Shown here piece after piece: positions 54,537 to 64,000 of a stretch of 64,000 nucleotides of DNA (the stretch's first letter is position 1; each line of letters opens with the position of its first letter). The translations under genes and the position numbers were made by a program. The notes under the pieces are model-generated. The model saw only the letters and a list, made by a program, of their open reading frames with translations. It did no database searches and was not told where the DNA came from. This stretch comes from Malacoraja senta. Taxonomy: Eukaryota. The stretch is taken from positions 62,001 through 126,000 of the forward strand of contig JAXLNO010000455.1 in NCBI GenBank assembly GCA_038087875.1, read 5' to 3'.

Positions 54537-55577
54537 TAGGTATGTTACAAAACTTACCTTCAGTCGCGCTGTAATTCTGCCACTGGCCGTGTGCGCGATT
54601 TTGGCGCCTTTAAGGGGGGGGCGGGGTTAAAACGTGGGTTTCTCCACCCTTGTCCTGGTTAATATTTTGTTGGAGTACAAGCGTTGGCTGACAAATCGTT
54701 CCTAGTGGCATTTTGTGTATTTTTATTTTTATTAAATCGTCAATGTCAGCGCTAGAGTAATTTTAAAAGCAGCTCCTGAAGCGTCAACGCCGATAACGGG
54801 GACGGATTTCACACACGGGACAGGTAAACGAAAGTGGTTTCCTTAAATGTATAAAAGTGCTTCTTAAGAAGCATTTAATTCACATTTTTTCATACGACAC
54901 GGTGATTTTATTCCCCGAATTAACAGCAGTATTTTTCATGCCAATACGGGTTTAAATTCACCGCAAATGAACGTTCCAAATGATCGCGTTCCAGAAATCC
55001 TCACTCACAAGATGATTTAAATGCCCATTAATTTACAGGTATTAAACATTCAATTCCTTCCATTTGGCCTGTAAATTCATGAAAATGAGATTTAAAAATT
55101 ATGTTATATTGTGAATTATTGTGTGAATGTTATTTGGACACTTAGGCTATTTAAAAATGTTAATCTATTCTTAAGAAATTGATAGATGTTTAGATCCAGT
55201 AATTGAATTTTGTAATTAGCTACAATTAGGTAACTAACTAATTATATGCTTTACTTTCATGTCTTCTAAGTAAGATTGTTTCATATTTGTTTCAGAATGC
55301 TTCAATCTATAATAACTGAAAATGTCTTTCAGTTATCTTAATTTTTAAGAAAGTTATGGGCTTTTGACTGTCCTCGATCACAGCTTTTGTGTTAAGTCAA
55401 TGGAAAAGCAATAGGGAACAAGATGCTAATTTCCGAGTATGAAAATGGCCATAACTTCTTTCATACTGAAGATATGAAAGTGAATTAGGTGTCAAATTAA
55501 ACTTCTTTTTATGCTTTATCTGATGGGATAAATTGCAGACTTTATTTTTAAAATCTCAAAATTTTGTAACATTGCTA
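54537..55577. mobile_element. Non-autonomous DNA transposon, hAT-like
   Basis: Imperfect TIRs TAGGTATGTTACAAAA / TTTTGTAACATTGCTA (14/16). Flanking direct repeat CCTATAG at 54530-54536 and 55578-55584. Confidence 0.75.
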
Positions 55578-55671
55578 CCTATAGCGTCCCTGTACCTTGC
55601 TGCCTCTAGGAGAGTATTCAAAGGTGACTGCTTTCAAGACAGAAGGGAGCAGCAGTACAAGGAGTATATAC

Positions 55672-55787
55672 CTGAATGACAGCTCTAGGTGAGTGAGATT
55701 GGTACCACAGTGAAATGCCAAACAGAGTAAGAAGAGCAGTCTTGGTCTCTAACGTCTCTGTGCAGCGTGTGTGGATCACACTGCCAC
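55672..55787 (-). CDS. SUN-domain exon (116 bp)
   Basis: TTGTTAG|...|GTATAT; (G)GSVIHTRCTETLETKTALLTLFGISLWYQSHSPRAVIQ. Confidence 0.92.
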
Positions 55788-58200
55788 CTAACAAGAGAAA
55801 ACAGAATCATTATCATATCACTGAATGGACAAAGTTAATCATGAATCCTTCAAGAAATATGCAGGTTTGCAGAGAACTGCAAAACTCTGGCAGAGGGATT
55901 GGAAAGTTTTTGCTTGAGTGCTGACCACTAAGAAGAACTTTCCAATTTGTCCAATAACTAAACACATCCAGCACAACTGCAGAAATAATTTAATGTTAAA
56001 ATCAAAATTGTTTAAGTAAACTTGAAAGTAAATTTTCATGCAATGTCCAACAGGTTGGTGCACAGAATCCAACTGAAACTTTCAATACACAGCTGAATGG
56101 CCATCAGGTGGCAGTGGTTGGATAAGTACCCTCCCAAATCTCAACCATTTACTTGCTCTCATCATTTTTCCATTCAATACAACTATAATAAACAAGGAGT
56201 TTATTATATTATTTATAATAAACTCATATACTACAACAATTCCCGTTTAAAATAGTAAATGAAAAATTTAAATATCTAGGAATTTATGTCACTAAGACAT
56301 ATGCATCATTATTTAAATTAAATTTTCCCCCTTTACTGAATAAACTTCATAAGAATATTCAGTACTGGAAAACACTTCCCATTTCAATGGTTGGTAAAAT
56401 TAATGCCATAAAAATGATTTTTCTACCGGAAATATTATACCTTTTTCAAACAATTCCGATATACTTGACAAAAAACTTTTTCAAAAAGTTGGATTCCATT
56501 ATTACTGATTTTATCTGGGATTATAAGAATCATAGGATAAGCAAAAAACATTTGTGCAAATCAAAAATAAATGGAGGTTTAGTTTTACCAAATTTTTTGT
56601 TTTATTTTTGGGCAGTTAACATTAAAAATATGAATTTGTGGTTGGAAGAAATAGATCAACAACCGGATTGGTTAAAAATGGAAAAGGAAGATTGTTTACC
56701 CTTTGAAATTGTCTCGATATTATTTGCTACTTCGAAATTGAACAAAAAAATGTATAGGGAAAATCCTATAATATACAGTGGTATGCAAATTTGGAAACAA
56801 TTAAAAAATACATAAAAATTGGATAATTTATCACTTTTTCTTCCCATTGAGAATAACCCTTTATTTAAACCTTCTTGGTTGGATAAAGGTTTCATACAAT
56901 GGAAACATTATGGAATTAAAATGATGGGACAACTTTATAAGAAAGGCATATTTCTTTCATTTCAGGAGCTACAACAGACTTATGGACTCCATTTAAATGA
57001 TTTTTTCAGATATCTACAACTTAGAGATTATGTTAAAGCAAATACTCAAAACTTTAGAACTAGAGATTCAGAAATCCTTGATGACTGTTTGAATAAACAT
57101 CCTAATACAGAAAAATGAATATCTCACATTTATAATACCTTATTAGATAGTGAGATACCATCGACGGACTTATATAGCAAATATGGGAAAAGGAACTAAA
57201 TCAAACAATAACGAAAGATACTTGGGACGAAAGTTTACAAAAATCAATGTTCATTAAATGCCAGACACTCTCTAATACAATTCAAAGTATTGCATAGATT
57301 ACATTATTCTAAAACAAAACTAAATAGAATCTTCCCACATATCTCCCCTATTTGCGATAATAATAAAAGCTTTATTTCAGACACAGGTCCATAGAACACA
57401 TCAAACAGTATAAGGAGATACAAAAATACATATAAAATTGCATATTAGCCTATAAGGTATACAAGCTATTGCACCAATGCCTTGTATTGGTGCAATAGCT
57501 TGCACCAATACAAGGCATGTATTGTAAGTCAACATTTAGATGCTAACTTAACTCATACATTTGCGAATTGTATAAAAATTAAAACATTTTGGGCAGACAT
57601 TTTTAGAATAATATCTATAGTTGTCAATACTCAATTGGATCCTGATTCAAAATTAATAATATTAGGAATATTAGAACAAAATAGTAAGATTAAACGAGAA
57701 CTTAACAGTTTGAAGTTTGATCTGTATTTTATGAAGAGTTACGATGAGGGATTACGTGAAGAGCCCGTCCAGCACGCATGCGTGACATTCTTCAAAGCAG
57801 CGGTGTGGAATCACAGGAAACACAACAATTGAAATAAACATAGTAAAGAAAAGGAGAACTAAGATACCAGTTGATCTCTATATTTGAGGGTGGGAGCGGA
57901 GGGCACGTAATCCCTCATCGTAACTCCTCATAAAATACAGATCAAACTTCAAACTGGTAAGTTCTCGTTTAATCTTACTATTTTACTTCGGAGTCTCGTG
58001 AGTGACTACGTGAAGATTTTAAAGCTCTGTGATTTCAAACCGTGTAACAGTTCATACTCCACTCACTGCCGAAGTCCTTCAAGGGAGGAAGTATGTTATC
58101 GTAATCAACCATGAATCTGTTTGTAAACAATAATGGTTTCTATTAACCAATAACAAAAGACAAAATGCTCCCCCGGACTTAAAATATATATTTGCAGATT

Positions 58201-59169
58201 CTAAACTCTTTCTGCAAATAACACAGGTTCTGCTAACGGCTTGTTGTGGAACGTTTGGAACGTTTTCTCCATGGACCACCCCGCTGTAGCCAGGATGTGG
58301 TCCAGTGGTACGTCCATCCTTTTAGCCGCCGATGTGGATGCTGCCCTGGTGGAGTGAGATGTATATACATCAGTATCTACTCCAGCAGCTCCCAGTACCT
58401 GCTTGAGCCATCTTGAGATGGTTTGGCTTGACACCCGACCATGAGGTTTCTTGTGGCTGACCCATAAGGCTTTTTGTCCCCCTCAGGAATCTCTTGCTGT
58501 GTTGATGTAAGTGAGTAGGTGAGTCATGACACAGAACTATGGGTCAGGTGGGTATGCCCGGAAATCCATAACTAGGCCTGAAATTCCTGGCCTGCTCTGC
58601 TTTAGCAGCTCCTGAATGGTGAATGAGACCCGGTCTGGTGTTATAACCATGTTGTCCAGTCGCAGTAAGTGGAGGGACTGGACTCTTTGTGCTGAGACTA
58701 GTGCCATCCGCATGACCGTTTTCAGGGTTAGCTGTTCCAGGGTGAGAGACCTGGCTGGTGACCATCCCCTTAGGTATGTCAGGACCACACTGACATACCA
58801 GATTTGGGTGTACCTAGGTCTAGGGGGGTTAGAGTTGAATATACCCCTCATGAGTTTAATCACCAGCGGGTGAGACCCTATAGCCTGTTGTCCTGGTACT
58901 TGTTTTAAGTAGGCTGACAGAGCACTTCTGGCAGTATTGATGGCACTGTAGCTCAGTCCTTCAATATGGTGAAGGCCCCCCAGGAACTCCAGTACATTGG
59001 TTATGGTTGCAGTTGAGTACGTTGTCCTAGTAGTCGAGCAGTATCTTTCCCACTTCCTGATGCTCGATAGGTATTGTTTCCTGGTGGACATACGGTGGTA
59101 CGCTGTCATCGTGTTGATGGTCCTGTCAGACAATCCCAGGCCCAGCAGTGGTCTTTTGATAATCTGCAA
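58201..59169 (-). pseudogene. DIRS tyrosine recombinase, frameshifted
   Basis: LSYSAINTARSALS, ALVSAQRVQSL, HSTRAASTS and AGWS motifs across ORFs 58537-59169 and 58201-58434. Confidence 0.9.
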
Positions 59170-59219
59170 CCCAGTAGGTTAATTTTGTCATGGCATGGAT
59201 GACTTATGCCTGATACCGG

Positions 59220-60960
59220 GTGCGTCAATAGGTCTGGGCTACTGGGAAAGGTCATAGGAGTTTCGATGACCATGTCGAGGACCACTGGAAACCATGGCTG
59301 TGTAGGCCAGTTGGTACTATCAAAATACCTGTAGCAGAGTCCATCTGTATTTTGCGTAGTACCCTACTGATGAGGCAGAAGGGGGAAAAGCATAAAAGGA
59401 ATAGTTTCCCCAGTTCAGCGCAAATGCATCTATCGCTGCTGCCTCAGGTCTGGTTCCCAAACGACATACATTGGTACCTGATGATTTAGTCTGGATGCAA
59501 AGAGATCGATATCTGGTGTGCCATATTGCTTTGTAATTTTAGCAAAAACTCTAGGATTTAACATACATTCGGTGTTTATCATTGAATTTGCGTGACCTGG
59601 TGTCTGCCACTGTATTTAGCTTACCTGGTAGGTAAGTTCCTGATAGCCAAATATGTCTATCGACACACAATTGCCAGATTTTGTTGACCAAATTGTCACA
59701 TGATATCGATTTTATTCCGCCCATATGGTTTAACATAGGCCACCACCGTGGTATTATCAATTTGTAACGAACATGCAAATGGTGCATATTTGTAGAATAT
59801 GCTTTTAAACCATAAAACGCACCCAACATTTCCAAATAATGTATGCCCAGTGTTTGTAGCAAAGATGATTCTAGGTTAGTCCATCTACCACCTGTGCTGG
59901 ATATGGTATTAGTTGCTCCCCAGCCTTGAGCACTGGCATCTGTTTGTATAGTTAATGTTGGGTTATTGATGATGATAGGGCTGGAACTATGCCAAATGTG
60001 CTCTATCCACCACTGGAACTCTGATATAGCTTCAATGGGTAATTTCATGGTCCAATCAAAGTGACATGCATGTCGTTTTAATGCCTGTACTTTTGCCCTT
60101 TGTAGGTTTTGACAGGGCAGGGTCCAAATTGTGTAGCTGGAAATGCTGCTACCATTTTGCCAATTACTCTTGCCACTTGTCGGATGGTTGGTCGATTGCT
60201 AACCATTAAATTGTTACACGTCTGTGCCAAATCTGCTGCTTTATCTTTTGGCAACGTTACGGACATGTGGACTGAGTTAATCGTGGATCCCAGATAGTCC
60301 ATAGTTGTGGATGGCGTCAACTTAGATTTATCTTGATGTATGACAAATCCCAGGGTTTCAAACAATTGTTTGGTAGCTAATACAGCTGATTTAGCCAACT
60401 CCATGGTTTTGCCTACTATTAGAATATCATCAAGATAAGCTATGACAATATGTCTGTGTTTTCTCAATGTTGCCAAGGCCGGTTTAATATCTTGGTAAAT
60501 AGTTTTGGGCTGATGTTAACCCATTTAGGCAACGCTTTAAACTGCCATAGTTGCCCCATCCAGGTAAATTTCAGGTATCTGCGATAACCCTTTTGAATGG
60601 GTACTGTATAGTAGGCATCTTTTAAATCAATACCTGCCATGAAGTATCCTTTGGAAATCAGTTGTTTGGCAGTTACAAATGTTTCCATTTTGAAATGTAC
60701 ATACTTAACAAAGGTATTTAGTGAAGTCAATGATGATGCGACATCCACCATCTTTTTTGTCTTTGGTAAATATATTTGAGACAAATTCCAAAGGTTCATG
60801 TTTGTAAGTAACCTCACCAGTTCTGCTTGACCCTCTAGTTTTTCTTTGACTGAGAGGGTAAAGACCCTTTGGGGTACATGTTGAACTGGTGGCATATTTT
60901 CTTGAATGAACTCTATTTTATATCCATGAATATTGTTAAGTATATAACTATCATTCGTGA
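59220..60960 (-). pseudogene. DIRS pol: RT, RNase H and N6-adenine methyltransferase-like domain, frameshifted
   Basis: IDLKDAYY, AYLDDILI, TDASAQGWGA, NTVADTRSR, then DLFASRLN..IDAFALNW..YAFPP..WPTQPWF. Confidence 0.88.
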
Positions 60961-61060
60961 CAGACCTCCATGCTTCAATGAACAGGTGTAATCTCCCCTG
61001 TTAGTACAGTTCCCCCACTTTTTATATGCTGGTAGGAACCAGACCCAACTACCTCCATAA

Positions 61061-62256
61061 TTATGGAAGTCTTCCTTTCTTCAGTTTTTTCATCCATTGT
61101 TGTACTGCTGGATGTACTGCTGGTTGGGGGTGGCGCATTTTCCATGGTGTCCGCTCTGGGCCCTGGCCTAAAAAAGGCTTTCGGGGATAGTATGCGGACC
61201 CCGAGCTTTCACCAGTCCCATAAGTTTGACGTCGACTGGTGGACGCGGTGGGGTACTGCCACCTGGGTTGTGTGGGTCTGCTCGTTCTGGGGCCTGCCCT
61301 CATGAGGCCAAATTCCTCCAGGTCTTTCACTTGTCAAGTCCTTTCCAAATAACAGGATCTGCGGCTCTGAGGCCGGTGTTGTACTCAGTCCTGCATATTT
61401 GGGATTGAGGGCTGGTCTTATTCTCTCCTTGCGGAGGTTGTTTATCTCATATTGAGTGTTGCACAGCAGAGCCAGAGTGTCTTGTTGGTTGGTGGTCATA
61501 TCCACCCCATCCACGGAACGAGTATAGGATGTTATCCTTGTCGTCAGGAGCTTGAGGATACGTGTAAATTTAGCTCCTGTTTCCGGATACTCTGTCCAAC
61601 ATACCCCCAGATTTCTCTTCTTATAGGGGTTTGAGGGACAGGTGGTTAATTCTGGCCGCCAGTTTTGGCTGCGACGGCCGCCCTGCTCGTGGTGTAACCA
61701 CGTAGCGATTCTCCACACCCAGCAGCTACTTCCTGATCCTGTACCCCAAGCGTACTCCCGACATCTTCAGCTAATGACCCCTGTTCCTGACCAGCCCAGC
61801 CCTGGTCGCCAACCCTGCCCTCGGCTGAGGGGGAAGCGATGGCCAGTGCATTGTAGAGCACTGATGTGGGAGTGCCTGAGTTCCCTTGGCGAGACTGCTC
61901 CAGTTCAAAGCAAGTCTCGCTGGAGCATTTGCTCCATGAGCCTTTCCATGCGGCTCAGGCGGCTAGCTCTGCCGCTCTAAGGCGGAGAGTCCTCCTCATT
62001 GGAGTCAGAAATAACCGGCCGGTCAGTTTTTTTGTCTTTATTTGCCTCCAGTCCGCTGCTGTTGGTCAGGCTGCGCTAGCGGTACTGGGCTCGGCTCGGT
62101 CTCAATGAGGGTGTGCCGCAGCATATGCGGTCCAGGTGCCGCCTCTCGCCCCCCACTGATGGGACACTCCCGTTCTGTTGGAGTCGAACGGGGGGCGGTC
62201 TTTTTCCCTTGCCGTGCTCTGTTCAGTTTCCCCAGCTTCTTGCCTGGAATTGACAA
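61061..62256 (-). pseudogene. DIRS gag-like ORF1, decayed
   Basis: Lies 5' of pol inside the element; fragments DTLALLCNTQYEINNLRKERIRPALNPKYAGL and LLFGKDL. Confidence 0.65.
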
Positions 62257-63269
62257 AGCAGAGCAAAGATTCTTGAATACGACCTCAGAGTAAGTACTTA
62301 CCTGATGGTCCGTTTAAACTTGTAGCGGGAGCGCCCGTACTCCCGTTCGTCGCTGTTGCACTGCGTGAACGCTAATATCGCGCATGCGTGCTGATCAGGC
62401 TCTTCACGTAGTCACTCACGTGACTCCGAAGTAAAATCAAACATTTAGAACAACTCAAAGAAACGTTATTGATTATAGTATAATAACTGGAAAAAAATGA
62501 ATACCAAAATTTTGGAAAGGTCCTATAACCCCCACAATTAAAATGTGGATTATAGAAATGTCGGAGACCTTACATTTGGAAAGAATTAGACTTGTCCTAT
62601 TGGACAAACAAGAATTATTTATCAGAACATGTTCTCCATTTATTGCTTATTTGAAGGGTCAGAATGGTTCAACACGAGAACCTGACTAAAACTCGAGCCA
62701 AGGATTAGATGAAAAGTTATACTTTGAAATGTACGAATATATCTCTGATGAAGTATTTTTAGTAAGTTATTCCATTCTTCTTTATTATCTCTTTCTTTTT
62801 TTTTCTCTTTGTCTTTTTATTCTTTTCTTTCTTTCTGCTACTCTCTTATTTTCTATCTATATTAAAAAAAAAACTATTGGAGACAACACGAATAATGTTT
62901 GATAATATTAGTAATGTAGAAATGAAATACATGTAATGATTTCAATATGATATGTATTTGCCTCCAATAAAAATATAATTCAAAAAAAATAAAATAAACA
63001 AGGAGCTGTTTTTGCAAAAATTAAGCACAATGATAAAGATATCTGTAACATAAAATGGAAGTAAAACTTCTACCCGTTGACCCAGATATAAAAATATTGT
63101 TATTTGTGGGCAGTTAGCTGGGAACATGTGCAACCAATGACTGCTGTCTGCATAGGTTCTTTTTCTCAATTATATAAAGCCATATAGCATTACATCTGAC
63201 CTAGTTTAGAGACTAACCAGAAAGGGCAATTTATCTTGTAAAACATATATTTTTTTAATATTGTAGAAC

Positions 63270-63725
63270 ATATATTTACATCGCAGAAACAGGCCCTTTT
63301 GTCCCACTGTGTCTACACCAACCATGATGTCAACCTAACTCATCCCATCTGACTGGACATGGTCTACATCCCTCTACTCCCTGTCTGTACATGTATCTGT
63401 CCAAATGCCTTTTAAAGATTACTATTGTATCTGCTTCCACCACCTCCCCTGACAACACACCTACAGCTGTGCAAGAAAAACTTGCCTCACACATCTCCTT
63501 TAAACATCCCCCCTCTCACCTTCACTCTATGCCCTGGTGTATTTGACATTTTCACCCTGGGGAAAGACTGCCTACTCTATCTATATATCTCTCATAATTT
63601 TATATACTTCTATCAGGTCTCGTCTCAGCCTCTGACGCTCCAGCAAAAACATTCCGTTTGTCCAACCTCCACTATAGCTAATATTCTATTCTAACATTCT
63701 GTCTAATCCAGGCAGCATCCAGGTC
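63270..63725 (-). mobile_element. Old CR1 3' fragment
   Basis: CAGAAACAGGCCCTTT..TGTCCAAATGCCTTTTAAA..GTATCTGCTTCCACCACCTCCCC..CTCTCATAATTTTATATACTTCTATCAGGTC resembles the minus-strand CR1. Confidence 0.7.
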
Positions 63726-64000
63726 ATTCTGCAGATGGCTGAAACCTAAAGTAGATCTTCAGCTTTCTACACAATTCCAATTGTCCAATGAGAAGAACCA
63801 AGCTTCTATCCACATTTCAAACCATGAGCTTGTCTTCTTTTCTTGCACTTCTACAGGTGTTTAAGATTTCATTCGTCTGCCACTAGTTGCATTTCCACCG
63901 ATCCAGCTGGTATCGACATTCATCTCAAATATCTCCTGGTCTCCAGTCTATCTATTATGTTCTCACTTTCTCTGCAACGTAAACTTTGCTTCACGGAATA

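Larger units (their letters stand above)
47753..55787 (-). pseudogene. SUN-domain (SUN1/SUN2-like LINC complex) gene, last four exons; probable pseudogene or divergent paralog
   Basis: Four GT-AG-bounded exons with compatible phases encode a SUN domain. Lesions: a 1-bp deletion in the terminal YRFRVHG motif, LEHIP changed to LVYIP, and one codon missing near DFxVY. Upstream exons were not found in the window. Confidence 0.85.
57683..62437 (-). mobile_element. DIRS1-like tyrosine-recombinase retrotransposon, full-length structure with decayed ORFs
   Basis: ITR 57752-57782 is inverted to 62381-62410. An internal complementary region (~57904-58016) joins the complements of both ends at ATTTT. 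AAAAT occurs at both junctions. Confidence 0.93.
56240..62998 (+). mobile_element. L1-clade LINE 3' half (56240-57682 and 62438-62998) split by DIRS
   Basis: FKYLGIYVT, GKINAIKMIFLP, GGLVLPNF, FFRYLQLRDY, QFKVLHRLHYSK. The protein resumes after DIRS (QTFRTTQRNVIDYSIITGKK), followed by a T-rich UTR and A-rich tail. Confidence 0.88.

Noticed and set aside
58201..59530. Phage integrase plus adenine methyltransferase suggesting a prophage or bacterial contamination
   Set aside because: Both are normal DIRS1 domains lying inside ITR/ICR termini with RT and RNase H.
63830..64000. Possible + strand splice acceptor (TTCTTTTCTTGCACTTCTACAG) or upstream SUN exon
   Set aside because: No recognisable peptide follows, and no SUN-like sequence was found on the minus strand.

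Overview
Eukaryotic genomic DNA, probably from a cartilaginous fish (skate/ray-like), judging by its CR1, HE1/V-SINE, Rex1, Penelope and DIRS repeats. The window spans a sharp boundary between satellite DNA and non-satellite DNA. Bases 1-32041 are a G-poor satellite of mixed ~22 and ~25 bp monomers around the core TTTGCATTTTCAAA, with nested higher-order duplications (periods ~5.4 kb, 3.6 kb, 1.1 kb, 0.83 kb). All ORFs there are artefacts. The array ends mid-monomer at a decayed BEL/Pao LTR retrotransposon (32042-39745). That element has mismatched LTRs, no target-site duplication, and an embedded Gypsy-like PPT-LTR-PBS(tRNA-Ser) module in both LTRs. The rest is a mosaic of nested transposons: CR1s, an invertebrate-like LINE, Rex1, L1, a Harbinger MITE, a hAT-like element and a structurally complete DIRS inside an L1. 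It also holds the last four minus-strand exons of a SUN-domain (SUN1/SUN2-like) gene with lesions in conserved motifs, and a CpG-rich region with a long degenerate palindrome and candidate exons of a second, truncated gene. No CRISPR, rRNA or true tRNA genes were seen.
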